DNA of 50,811 bases, filler included, from Bipalium vagum (Eukaryota): NCBI GenBank assembly GCA_037834085.1. It is 3 parts of 3 records of this genome, joined end to end, with 100 filler letters (N's around TTAATTAATTAA, not from the genome) between each part and the next. Parts side by side here need not be neighbours in the genome. Positions count along the whole stretch, not along the records: positions 16,523 to 34,047 come from JBBMKC010061978.1; positions 34,148 to 50,811 come from JBBMKC010100022.1; 1 more part is not named here. One strand, 5' to 3'. A program made the translations under genes and the position numbers. The notes under the pieces are model-generated. The model made no database searches. It was not told the DNA's origin and saw only the letters and a list, made by a program, of their open reading frames with translations. This document shows positions 24,301-37,500 of the stretch, in pieces; the stretch's first letter is position 1; each line of letters opens with the position of its first letter.

Positions 24301-27300
24301 CGGTCAAATTACGCCAATAAAAATATTAAAAGCTTTAGAGTATATTATGCCTTTACGGAACTCATCTCGCATCGTATGACATTAAGCAATGTTATAAATT
24401 ATAATTAGTTAAGAAAACAATTATATCCTTACTTTTCTGAATTTTAGACAACGCTGGAACTAACTTGTAAAATAATACAAATATCACATACAAGTTCAAA
24501 TTAAAAAAATTACATTTACAACAAGATCTTTATAAATAATACTGGACAGAATGTGTTGCACAACATAAAAAATTTTATAAAATGTTTATGTAATTAAAAC
24601 AATATTTATGGCAAAAAATAAACGCAGCTCGTCTGAATTTCTTGTCTGTAAATATAATTAGTATTTAACCAATATATTTTCCACTGAAAACAAGTCGAAC
24701 CAGATCAATTATAATCCAAAAGTAAAACTTGTCTGGCTTCGTTGTACACAATGAAAGTATTGATTTTTAGAAAACAATTCTCTTATTAATTATTTTTCTA
24801 GATTACTTGCAATCTACAGCAAATTATTTTCCTTATAACTTCTTCACAATTCTCTCACACACACGAAGAGGCAGCGGAAACAAGTAGCCATGAAAAATTA
24901 TTATTGAAAATATATATTTTCTAATGAAAACATAATAGAATGGAATATGAACAGTTATTGAGTGAGCTTGACAAAAACTTATTAAAATGACAAAAGAGTA
25001 ACGCAAAAATTTTCGTTTTTATTATAATTCCAAAATCGAGGAAACCGGTGAACATTTTTGATCTAGAATTTGACGCCAAAGATGTGAGAATTGAAATAAT
25101 TACCGATGAATTTAATTTGCATATGGTGTCACCAAGCGGTTTAGATAATAATTTGAAATGACTTAATGCCCCAAATACAGTCTTTAGAAAAAATTATAAT
25201 CGCGTTAAATAGTGAATTATAATATTTGGACTACTCCGAAATAATTGGAAATTCTTTATTAATATCATAATCACTTTTATTGAGGAATTTTTTTATCTAC
25301 AATCTTAAACGAATAATCCACCAAAGTTTCCAACTAATTAAAATGAATTTCTACTTTTTAGAATGAAACGAAATTTTCATAGTCCAGAACTAAATAAAAT
25401 TATTTCATCCACATTTATTCAATATACAACATTGTTTTTTCTGATAAATGGAAGAAAACATAAGCCAATATTTTCAATTATTTTATGTTCCACAATTAGT
25501 TCACCATTTTCTAATTTCTTAATTGTAGTATATTCTATTTCTCCGTTCTCTTTCTCAGTACTATATTATACGTTTTTTCAGTATTATATTAGGTTTTTTC
25601 GAGTACTGTATTAATTTAAACTAATCTTATTTCAAACTGAACGACAATTAGCATTATTTATCAAATCTCTCATTGAAAGCACCAAATTAAAAAATTACTT
25701 TAAATAGTTTTACAGAAATTTTTTAATATTATTTTCTAAGTTTTCAGTTTTAATCGACTAAAATTATAGAAACTTCGGAACTCTTTAAACGATTTACATT
25801 ATGACTTTACTGAAAAGAATATGTGAAGAAGTACTTTAATGAAATAACGAAGTTTACAGATAAAATGTATAAAATAAACTAAATTAAAACTGATGGAATG
25901 CAAGACAGAAAAATCAAGAAAAAGTTCCACATGAAACAAAATATATAAAAATAAATTGAAAAAATTAAAAAATATTTAGATTAAATTTCGATAGACTAAG
26001 GAAATATAATGCAATTATGTATATGATGATATAAATCATATATATATGATGAATGATTTAACAATACAAAATACCAACCAATAATATCCGAAAATGTTGG
26101 TTACCAAAAAAGTAGTACATCATTGTAAAAACTGGCAAACATGTAGAACATAACCAAACCAGGAGTTAAATGGAATTTTAAGATGATATCATATGATGGA
26201 GTATTTATAAAAAGTTACTCACAAAATCAAAAGAAATTAACAATCATTTTCTGATTCAATAACTCATTTTTCGAATTAATAAATACTTATTTATTTTATT
26301 CACTTTAGAATAGCATGCAATTTCAAAATAAAAATTCCTAATATATTAAATTTATTTTATCTCTGCTTGAAATAAGAATATAAATGATAGTTTACTTGAT
26401 AAATAAATATTTTTAAACCTGGCTTTCCATTTAATAATGATTGAGATAATAGGAAGTTCGGTTAATGAATTCTATATATTTCAAAGCATAAATTGTGAAT
26501 ACCAAAATATAAATATATCAATTGAAATTAACTAGAAAAATCATCATAATAAAAATAATTTTAATGGAAATGAAAGTGCTGCTGCATACATATAATAGGC
26601 AAAGCATACTTGTACAATTCCGGTTAAGACAGTAATTGGACTGGTATTTTGAAAAGCCAAATAAGGGCATTGTATTTCGCTTATATTTTCACATTCTACA
26701 TTAACAGCTATCAATTGAGATTCACAGATAATCAGCAGAATGCAACGATCTGATGGTCCCTCATCATCTATAAACGGTTTCATAAACAACTTGTTAAGAC
26801 AAAGCTCTAACAAACAAGTCACCATCATTACCTGAAACTATATATGGAGCGATTATATAATCAATTATGTGACTGGGAGTCTCGATTTCCGCATATACTT
26901 TATCGCATTTCATAAGAATTAATAAATTCTGTTTATCACTTTCCTGGGCAATGAACGCGGCTAGATTTTCGCTGTGAATTTATTAAAATAAACAAGTGCA
27001 ACGAATTCTTTAGAATAAGATCGAAACAATATTATTATTATGCATTGATATCACATCTAATGCTTAGTGATATTTTGCATATGAATAATTTCAACATGAA
27101 GATCTTGATCTTCACTGACGGTTGTACATTTGTGACATCTTATCATTTATTTATTCCAAATTTTTGTCTATCGTTTGTTAATCATTAAAAGACAGATATC
27201 AAAGTCAATAATATTTGTTTAAAAATATTGCTCTTTTATTCAAATGTTTTTAGTAAAAACAAAAATTTGAAAAATGTTATTAGTTTCATTCGTTTGATGT

Positions 27301-30300
27301 TGATTTTTCATCAAAAACTGGTGAAGTTAGATAAACAAAAAATGACCCTGTATCAACTCTGTGTTAAAAACCAATATTTCAACAATTAGTTAACCTTTGA
27401 ACCATACAAAAATTTTAATATTAATAAAAGTACTGAAATGAAATTTTAATTAATATCGACTTCCTCTTTCTCCGATATTTTTTGCCCTACAAAAATGTTC
27501 TTTTAAAGAAGGACAAGGCAAAAAAATATAGTCCAGGAAACGAAACAAATGCTCGAACGATTCTAAATACTCAATGTAAAACATTTATCACTGAAACATT
27601 TTGAAGTAAATTTAATGAGACAACGTGACATATCAGACAATATTCAATGACCACAAAAAACAAACTCATTGTTCTCTCGATCGTCATCGATGAGACAGAA
27701 AATGTGGTCCACATAGTGATCGTCACTTCACCCATCTCTTTCTCGGCCCGCACGTGTATGTATGTGGTAGGCGTCACCATACAAATGAACGAAAATGCAT
27801 AATTGAAAAACAACTTTTATCATCACCAACACAATCTTTCCATTCTTATTGGACAGAAAATTGCATCAAACACAACATTATCACTTGCTTAAGAAATAAA
27901 TGGACGAAATGATCTTGTGAAACGCAAATATGGAAACAAAGATATCAAATTCGATTAATCCAAATTAGCAGCCATCTTAATTATGTAAATTACACAGAAA
28001 ACAATCGATTTTCGTTAGCCATCGTTAGTTGAACGAGTATTCCTGTCAACACCAGTCTCGTCAGGTTTACGATTACAGCTTGACAAATCTGATAAGCAGA
28101 TAAAATAGAACGAAAAAACAATTTAGATCGGAGAAAGAGAACAATGAACTTCTAATGCAGTTTCGATTATTTTAAACATAATATTAAATGATGCTCATAT
28201 TAAAATTTCAATTCAACGAATTTTGTAAGCTTGCAATTTCAAGATTGATGTGATAAAATAAAAATATTTATTTGTTATGAAATTAAAATCAATTTTAACA
28301 ATTTTCCAACATGAAGTACTGTTAATTTTAACAAAGTTGTACTTTAGTAATTTTGAATGACATTAATTTAAAAGAAAAGTTTGAAGAAAATCGATAAAAA
28401 ATAATAAATTATTTCATTTCCTCATTGTGAATTTTTGATTTTCTGCATTACTTTTAATTGAGTCTAAAATATTTTGAAACATGGCATTTAAGAATACCAT
28501 GAAGATTAAAAACCCAAAACAAGTCAAAGGAATATTGTTAACAGTCAAATTTGAATACAAAAATTCAAGATCTTTAAAAAATACCAATTGAAAAATAATA
28601 AAATCTTTTTAGGATTTAAAAAACGTAAACTACCAAAAATATAAATTTAACAATTAAAAAAAACTAAGATTTTGAAATATAATGAAATATTTTTAAGGCG
28701 ACCATTTATCGATCAATTTATAAAATTAAATTTTGCTCCTAAATCCAATTTGTAAGATTTTTTAAGATAATTTTTTTGAAACATTTAAATAACCGTTATA
28801 ATTATGAGATTAATCTGTTTAGAATTTGAAATTAGTTCATTTTTGACTACAATGACTCAGATATTTTCCCAAACCACATGTAGCCGTGGAGTGGCCTCAT
28901 GATACACCAAAGTTTCAAGATTTTTCAGAAAAATAAAAATTATAAGTGCGATAACTAAATCGAACCGAAACCCCTGATACTCTTAAAATTAAGAAAAATT
29001 ATAAAAAATCACAAACTCTACGCTCATTTAAATTTTTCTAAATGATTTTCGAAATTTTTGAGATTCATTAAATTCCAAACCAATATTTGTTTCCAATTGA
29101 TAAAGAAGAAACTCAAATTGCAAACCAATTCTTTTAACAATAAAATTAAAAACATTAATATTAATGTTCTTCACAAATATCCATTGTTGTTAAAGTTTTG
29201 TGATTTATGCTTTCTTTTAACTTTTTGAATTATAAACTTAAACTGCTTACACACTTTGTTCAGTTTAAAAGTAGAAATGATAGTTTTTAAACAAATAATT
29301 TACCCATTTAAATCGAAAGATGAAAACTTGGAAACTGATTTGTTTAATGGCTCTGAAATAGTGAAAATCTGAATAAGAATACAGAAAAAAATAATTTACC
29401 AGGTAAAGTAATAGATTTTTCGGGTTCCTCCAATTTAGACCCGTCTCCTGTAAGTTTATATTCTGTAAGTCCTTCCGATTCTTCGTTGACTAATGAAATG
29501 TTGTTCTTTACCCAATGCATACTACTGATCTTTTTATCATTCAGAAGATAGTTTAAAATTGTCGGTCTTTGTACATTAATGTAAGGCACTTGTGTCGATT
29601 CCTTCAGTTTTTTATTTTCCTGTTTATGAACTTCTTCATTTTTGACAACTTCGACAGGTTTTTCTTTATCTGCCTCATTTTGTTCAACCTCGACCTTCTC
29701 TTTTTCACCTTCTTCCTGATTAGTCTTATCTTCCGTATTCTCATTAATAACCGGTTCTTTTTCTTTGTCATTTTCAGACTCATCAACAATTTTAATAGGA
29801 TCTTCGCTTTCTTTTTCCTTTTCTTCCACAACATCTTTCGGTGATTCATTAATAACATCATTTGGAATTTCTTTGACAGGAGCCTCTTTAAAAGCTTTTG
29901 TTTCCAATATTAAAGACAAGCCATTTTTGAACGAAACAAGTAATTGATCATCTGCTAACGGATTAAAAAATATTTGATGAACACCGCCGAAATCATAATC
30001 CTTTTCTAACCCATGGCAACTGAAAAAATATTCCGTATAATAATTTAATTAATTAATTATTAATTATTATTATTATTATTATTAATTAAATTTCAAGAAA
30101 TAATTTAATACTGAAAGCTTTCAGAAAACTTGAACTCGCAGTTTGTATCTTTAACACGAATTAAATAAAAGAAGCCGAGAACAAAAATTTTAACGAAATT
30201 CTAATGTCTAATGGAAATATTTTATTTTCCTTACGTAAATATCTGCTCAATATATTCTGTAAATAAAGGGTATTAGCAGAAAACCGTCAAAATTGAGGAT

Positions 30301-32088
30301 TTCGAAAAATATCAAGTTGTTATTGACAAAATAAATTTCAATAGAATTTTTGAAATATCAATAATTATTTCAGAAGCCATCCAAAAATACTTTATATTAT
30401 AACAATCGAAAGAATCTCTTTTTATTTATAAAAATAGTGACAATAGATTTTAAGAAAAATTAAAATAGAAAATGAATAAAAATAATTTCTTTCTTTCATA
30501 TTGCAATGAAAATCCATTATTCACTCACTCATCGTGATTAATTTGAGTTTTCCCCTCCCTTTTTCAACAAATGCTAATAAGATATTAGATTTCAGAAATT
30601 CCATCCATTCAAAATATTACTAGATCAAATATATGATCAATGATGATAAATAAAATCAAAAATCTGTGGAAAAATAATTAATCCAACATTATAAGAATAG
30701 CCTTGTCCAATTATTAATTATTACTATTAATATTTTTAGTGATCAGGGCAATTGATTTTAATTGCCCTGATCACAACTTTGAACACATCAACATATGTTG
30801 AAATTCTCAAGAATATTTTTTTCATTATCATTATCTAATTATAATAATACTAATAATAAAGATAAAAATAATCAAAGTATATAAAGCCTTTAATATAAAA
30901 TATATAATTCATTCTCTAAATAAAAATGAAATTTATTAAATTTCCAGTAGCAATTTAGACTCAGATTTTCTTCCGCAGTATTGATTTCTGTAAGCAAAAT
31001 ATTCTCTCTTCATAAACGATGTAACGATGACAACAGTACACACACGGGGGGAAAATTTCAACACAGAATAAAGGAAAGACAAATCAGACAGCCACACAAA
31101 TTGTGACAAGGTAAACATTATGTTTTGGACACAAATTTAATTGAGTTATTGATTTATTTCAAACCTAGGGTAGACAAATAACCACTCATTCTATTTTCCA
31201 GTCACTACACCAAACAATCTCAGACATTGAATAAAAATGATAATATTTTTATTTAATACTAATAATGAAGACAAGGATGATAATAATAATGAGCTCAAAA
31301 TCTTAACTTGGAAAAATTAAAAGATACTTTGTTAACAAATGTTCAGAATCGATTGCCAGGTCGTCACCCTCGTATAAGTTAAAGCGATTTCCAACCACTA
31401 AAACCTGGCATATTTTGTTTGAGTCTGATCCAATAATTAACAATTCCAATAAATCATCAGAATCGCTTCTCCACGACATTGGTTGACTTATATCGAGAGA
31501 TGTTACCTTACCATTCAATCTTTAAAAATCAAATAAACTATAAAACAGATCAATCATAAGGGTAGCATACATCTGACCAGACAAGCAGACCGAGGATGTT
31601 ACGTCCCAGTAGTTATTTTCGATTTGAAACTCCCATAGTACCATATCGTTGTCGTTATCAATTGAAATTAATCTTCCCTAAAAAAACCAATAAGGTTTTA
31701 ACTCAATCACTATAACTCAACTTGATTGTTGAGAAACTTGAGAATTTTAATCGGTTTTAATGGACTGTTGACAAGGGTGTAAACCATTCCTGATGCTCCA
31801 TATCTGAAACAAAGAATTATCACAATCAGTTAACATAATCACAAACATTTTAATTTCTCCTTTCTTTGTTCCTAGAGCCAGTAAATCAAGATTATGATCA
31901 TATGCAACGCATGTTACATTATCTATCATGCCATAAACAGAATTCTAACATATATAAATAAAAGATTATCAATCAATAAAAATTACAAAATTTGACATTG
32001 AAACATCTCTACATTTATCAATTGACTTTTTAAATATTGGTAATTGTTGTGGTATTTTTTTGAAAGGTGCAAACAATTTAGATGCCAT
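21352..32088 (-). CDS. lgl: Lethal(2) giant larvae homolog (LLGL, WD40 polarity protein), 3' part not located
   Basis: Frame-consistent GT-AG exons: 32088-31987, 31944-31847, 31803-31722, 31677-31571, 31519-31328, 30019-29400, 26960-26832, 26767-26610, 23403-23170, 21892-21617, 21562-21352. An extra exon near 27050-27140 is possible. Motifs include VAYDHNLDLLALGTKKGEIKIYG, FLNNQGRLIS, CPYL...SPIT, WPLN and TGHANGSICIW. RKKVG, EGINW and ITAVAFQPSWDLLAVGCTYGFVLVD favour Lgl over tomosyn. Confidence 0.88.
30739..30774. repeat. Perfect inverted repeat (15-bp stem, 6-nt loop) in an lgl intron
   Basis: GTGATCAGGGCAATT-GATTTT-AATTGCCCTGATCAC. Confidence 0.9.
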
Positions 32089-32564
32089 TAAGTTAAATAA
32101 ATTTTATAAAAAATCTTTTACAATGACTATGTTAATATTACGCAGCAAAACAAAGAATGATCAAATTAAGATTCAAGGACGTAGATAATAAATTATGTTT
32201 GATTTTAACAAATATTTATATTGTATATTATTAACTAATTTATTTATGAATGAATGTATTTATAAATTCTGCACAAAATGAAATATGTCTGATTTACAAA
32301 AAATTATAAGTAATTGAATTTACACTTATTGCGATCTGTCTAAATTTCATGTTTTTTCTGTTTAATTTAAAATACTTTGTTTTGTAATAACATTTTTAAA
32401 AATTTCTTTATTATAACGTTGTGTACATGTTTTGAAAAATAAAGGAAATTATACTAAGTATTAAATAAATTTGACCGGTTTTTTGTTTTTTGTGTTTTTT
32501 TTTAAAAATATTAAAACAGCAATATTTTCTAATATATTATATAATTTTGTTAAGCTATTATATT

Positions 32565-33350
32565 ACTATGAACTCTGTCGCAACATTTAGCTCGCAAAGT
32601 TTACTGACCCCTTCACTTTTGTCAAAACGTGTATACAAATGAATGAATCAAAAAACTAAGAACAACAGTTTATTAACAAAGTAACAAACACAATGTCTCA
32701 AACAATCAAATTGAATATTCAATAAAAATGTCTTCAATCACAAAATCAAATGTTTCAATAATCGATCAAACTAAAAGTCAAATGTCTTGATAAAGAATAA
32801 TAATCAATTAAACAATTAAATTAAAATTTAATAAGATATTAATTAAATTATAAAAAATGAAAACAAAGAAAAACAACGATAGCCTTACCAATTCTATCGA
32901 CGACAGGTACAAAAAGTGGTTTGCTGATCCCAATCCGGTTCACTAAGAAACTCCCTAACAGCACAGGACCCGTCGTAAGCTCCTGTCGCATAGAGGGCAT
33001 AAATGGCTGTTTACTAGGTGCAAGGTCTGACGCAGTTTTTGTCCTTGGTTGCAATTTGTCTACACGGTTCCTGCCGGAGAATTTTATGGCAACCTACCGC
33101 GGATTCCAACTCTTTAAATACTATTCTGGTCAGATAATCAATCAATCGTAGACCAGTTTTATCAATGGGGAATGTCAATTCCCTTTTAGCTGTTTAATTC
33201 TTAACCGGTCCCTCTTGCAGACCCTAATCTTGGCAATTTAGTTTCACCATTGTCAAGATTAAATCCTTTTAGAAAAAAAATAAATTGCCTTTTTTACTTT
33301 TTAATTAGCTTTTGTAATTTTAATTAACTTTTCATTATTATTATTATTAC
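32565..33350. repeat. Dispersed repeat family A, copy 2
   Basis: Colinear with 3017-3790 in the same orientation, flanked by short (TAT)n runs. Confidence 0.8.
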
Positions 33351-33479
33351 ACCTTAGACCCTTTTGCAGTTTTAATAATTAATTAATAACAATTATAAAT
33401 AATCTAGGCCCTTTTGCGGTTTTACAAAGATTTACAAAGTAATTATGATTTGAGGAATAAATTTCCTAATGTCGACATC

Positions 33480-33866
33480 AAACATTTTTATAAAAACATT
33501 TATATGTGAAATTTTTCCACGATTAATTACGCATGCAATATAAATTATGACATATTTTGGCAGTACTTATGTTTGCGAGCAAATATTTTCCGTAATGAAA
33601 TTTATTAAGTGACCACAGATCAAGACATATTGACTCACAAATGGAAAGCTGCATGCGAGTTGCTGTATCATCAATACTTCCAAATATAGATAAATTTGCT
33701 TCAAAGAAGCAATCTCCAATTTATCATTAAAACGTTTTTCGATTACAATAAATCTAGGAGTTTTCTTAAAGTTTTATATATATTTTTCATTATCATATTT
33801 TAATGAGGCCCTTACAAAAATTTTCAAATTAAAAAAACCCACTGATAAAAAAGTTGCTCATCCCTG
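33480..33866 (+). mobile_element. hAT (Charlie/SPIN/Buster-type) transposon 3' end
   Basis: Dimerization-domain sequence FGSTYVCEQIFSVMKFIK..RSR...MESCMRVAVSSILPNIDK...H*, and terminal GTTGCTCATCCCTG (CAGGG-type TIR) ending at 33866. Confidence 0.85.
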
Positions 33867-34047
33867 GCCAACATCTATAATCTTATATTTCTCACTTTAA
33901 ACCTATTTGCTTTTTATAGAATAAAGGAATTAATTTTAATTGTTTTTTTCTCCTAATCATTTGATCTCACTATTTTTTTTACAAGAAAACATTTATTCAA
34001 AATAAAATTTTATAATCATTTGCATTAGCAAATCGTCTTAGCTTTCC

Positions 34048-34147
34048 NNNNNNNNNNNNNNNNNNNNNNNNNNNNNNNNNNNNNNNNNNNNTTAATTAAT
34101 TAANNNNNNNNNNNNNNNNNNNNNNNNNNNNNNNNNNNNNNNNNNNN
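34048..34147. other. Artificial assembly spacer N44-TTAATTAATTAA-N44
   Basis: Identical to the spacer at 16423-16522. Confidence 0.95.
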
Positions 34148-34188
<41 letters not shown>

Positions 34189-34205
34189 TTAGTATTATAT
34201 ATCTA

Positions 34206-34296
34206 ACAAGGGGACCCAGTGAGTTTGGGAATCCATAGATGACCTGAAAAGGGCCAAGAAGGCGACCCAGGGACCCCTTTGTAGCTCTGGGTGAGA
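34206..34296 (-). repeat. GC-rich hairpin repeat family B, copy 2
   Basis: Reverse complement aligns with 15908-15995. Lies next to a (TTA)n tract. Confidence 0.75.
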
Positions 34297-35224
34297 ATAT
34301 TCTCGATTCTTTTTGTGGTTTTTTTTGAGAATTTTCTTTAATATTTTGTTTTAAGCCACATATGTACGCACCTGGACAAAAAAAGAGGCTTACATAATTT
34401 TATATCATATATTATGAGAACATTTATTTTAACAATTTACAAAAATTTTCAAACAATATATCATTAACTAAAGAAAAAGGATCATTAATTTGCTTAATCA
34501 TATCATTAACTAAAATAAGGATCTTGTAGATCTTCCCCGACGACGTTTTCGAATGAGATTTGACATGGTCCAAGGTTTACAAGACTCCTTAATGAGCATA
34601 ATATTTTTGATCATATAAGAAGACGTTCAAATCTCCAATAATATTCTTTTGGACATTTATTATCGAAAATTAAATAACAATAATAATAATATTTCTAAAA
34701 TGGAAATTATTTTTTTATTTTTTCAAATAATTAATTGCGGTCGAATTAAAAGAGATTCCAATTCCAGAGATTCCGAACAGTTTAGAAAAGAAATTATTTC
34801 ATTTCTATTATAAATTATTTAATGAAGAATATAAACTTATTATTTGTCTAAGATATAAAACGCAGTTCAAAATGATTTACACAACTTCGCCATATTTCAG
34901 AGAATATTTAAAGATTTCCTAGGATCAGGGTTAACCTGATGATCAGCATGTTTAGTTATATCATTTAACGATTTTCTATTAGATTCTCTTTTGATATCAT
35001 GCAGTTTTCGCGAAGTTGTGAAAAATAGGAATCACTGTCATTTAAGGTCAAATAATAAGATAAAATCCATAAAATCATCTTCTAAAGGTTAGGTTCTATA
35101 GCCCACTTTTAAAGGAATAGCGCAATATCGTGGGTACCTGTTGGTTTTAAGTATTTTCTTAAAAGATTTCTTGCAATCTTTTTGACACTATTAAAAAAAC
35201 GAGATCTGATCTTTATTCAAGGTT

Positions 35225-35450
35225 TATTTTATCACCTGATTTGTGGCCACGCTGGAGACGTGACTGCAATTTCTTCGAATATTACATATGGGGTTTTGTT
35301 GAGTCACAAGTTTAGTTAAAACATCACAGCACGATTAAGTCCGTGCAGGATGCCATCATTGAAGAAATGACTAAATTGGACAAGAAGTAGGTCAGACCAG
35401 CACGCAATGCATTCCCAACCAAGCTGTCTGCTAGTGGTGATAACACCAAA
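35225..35450 (+). mobile_element. maT/DD37D-type transposase C-terminal relic
   Basis: PDLWPRWRRDCNFFEYYIWGFVESQV*LKHHSTIKSVQDAIIEEMTKLD matches WPP.SPD.NPLDYY.WG.VE..V...H.T..SL..AI. Confidence 0.75.
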
Positions 35451-36959
35451 TAATCTTAAAATCCTACACTTTCATTCAGCTATGTGCTATTTTTTATTGT
35501 AATAGGGTTTGTGGATAAATTAAGTGTTTTTAAATGAAGTTTCCGGTTTGTAAACAACTTGGTGATTGATATCATTATTACAAGAGTTTTTTAATTTTGT
35601 TCGTCGTCAGTGACACGTTAACCCGGCTTCTCTCATTCTTGCTTTCAAAGACTCTTTAGCAAATTAACATCAAAACCTTTTCAAAACCAGATTTTTTGTT
35701 ATACCCCACCGCTGCCAGTCAAAAAATGACCGAAAAGATGACTTTTTCAATAAATAAATGTTCGTACTTCAGTTCAATTTTCATATTTCACCAAAACACC
35801 TTATTTAATATTATTGATTAACGATTGTTTAATGTTCAAGTAAACATTACACACAATGTTATTATATTTCCTATCAAATCAATAAGTAACCACTTTTCGC
35901 CTCAAATGACGTTTCGGTAATATTCATTTGGGAATTATTGGAAGGTTTATCCACTTTCACTTTGTATGTAGTTCAAACTTTACAAAATTCTTTAAATGAT
36001 AAAAACAATGAGAAAAATGTCAAAGGAAACCTAGGTCAGACATTTAAAGATAAATCCCTGAAAGTTTATGAACAAGTAATCATGATGGTAGCTGAAAAAT
36101 AAGGAAATATTATTGATAATAAAAAGTAATTATCAATTAAAACGGGTGATGACAAAAAAATGAGAAATATTTGAGATAGAGTGCCACGTCTTCATTACAT
36201 TGAATATACTTTTTATGGAGTGAAATAAATATTTCATTATCCAAGCCAAGCCCCTTTCAAACGTCCTGAACGAGGCATTGTATAGAATTACAATTTAACT
36301 TTTTGTAACAAAAAAAAAACAAAAATAGTGATTTATTTAAAATCAAAGATATGGTTGTCATTGACACGGGGACGTACCCATTATTTTGTATAGGAATACG
36401 TGTATGCGGGTTTTGATTTAAAATTATTTGATTAAATAAAAACATAATTCTTTCCAACCTGAAAACCTTTGCTCAAATAACATAATTACTTGTCTTGACA
36501 AAAAAATTTGATCTCATTATTTTTCAAAAAAACGGACCAGGATAGACAGACCATCCGAGATCTTAAATCCATTTAGTAATAACAAATAAATATAAAAAAA
36601 TAAATAAAGATTTTAAAAAAATTTTTTTTTATTGATTTTATTTATTAAAAAATCATTAAATATGTGCTTTACTGAAATGAACAAAAATTTCAAATAATAG
36701 AAAAAAAAGTATACCGAAAAATAAATAATTAAAAATAAAAATATTTCTTAGTATCATATTATTAAGACTTTATTTTTTTATAATTTATAAAAATGGGTAT
36801 ACTTAAAGTAAGCCGAAAATCAAATAATTAAAAAGTAAAAATATTTCTTTAGTATTATCTATCAAGAACTTTTTAAAATAAAATGAGAAAAAACAGTAAA
36901 AAGGCAATAAAAAATGTTATAAAAATTTAATAATTAATATATTATTTAATAAAATTTAA

Positions 36960-37500
36960 AATTTATTAAAAATATCTCTTTCAAACTCTCTGTTGTCTTT
37001 GTTTCAATATTAAACATTTTTCCTCCTTTTAATTTTATCTCCATAAATTGTTCTTGTAATAAAATAACATTTATTTTTCCTTTAAAAATTTTATCTTTTT
37101 AAAGATAAAATATGAAGAGTTACAACTGCACCATTTAAACATTAATTTTTCTGGTTGATCTTTTAAATCAAAGCAAAATATTGAATATAAATTTTGAAAT
37201 TCCAATAAACTTAATTGAGGATCATTTCCAAAATATTCACATGCTTTTACATAATTTGAATAAATTCTATTATTTTTCCATTTTTCAAATTGAATTGGAT
37301 TTAATGAATAATAAGAATTATTAACTTGAATTCTTAAAGACTTTATTTTATCTTGAATAAACAAACTATTATTTTTTGAAAATTCAAATTCAGATTCTCT
37401 AACAGTTATAAATAAATTAATTGGCTTATTTGCAATATTATACAATTGTAATGTTTGAGTTGTTCCTTCTGTTTGTAATAATTTAAAATTGAAGTTTTGA
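36960..37500 (-). pseudogene. Maverick/Polinton major capsid protein C-terminal fragment
   Basis: IKSLRIQVNNSYY..., RIYSNY..., LSLLEFQNLYSIFCFDLKDQPEKL and a frameshifted tail ILLQEQFMEIKLKGGKM resemble the Polinton double-jelly-roll MCP C-terminus (LYPIFCFD.S.Q.E.L). Confidence 0.75.

Noticed and set aside
24270-24390. Possible hAT dimerization-domain remnant (FWKK..Y..KALEYIMP)
   Set aside because: Too degraded to call.
27500-28100. GC-richer intronic block with an 80-aa ORF and a CACGTG E-box
   Set aside because: No Lgl homology or convincing splice pattern, and an enhancer role cannot be supported from sequence alone.
29569-29947. Overlapping F-rich, K-rich and S-rich ORFs
   Set aside because: Alternative-frame and antisense shadows of the E/K-rich lgl exon.
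21352-32088. Tomosyn/STXBP5 as the identity of the WD40 gene
   Set aside because: RKKVG, EGINW and SWDLLAVG match Lgl-specific motifs better, and no R-SNARE tail was seen (though the C-terminus is missing).
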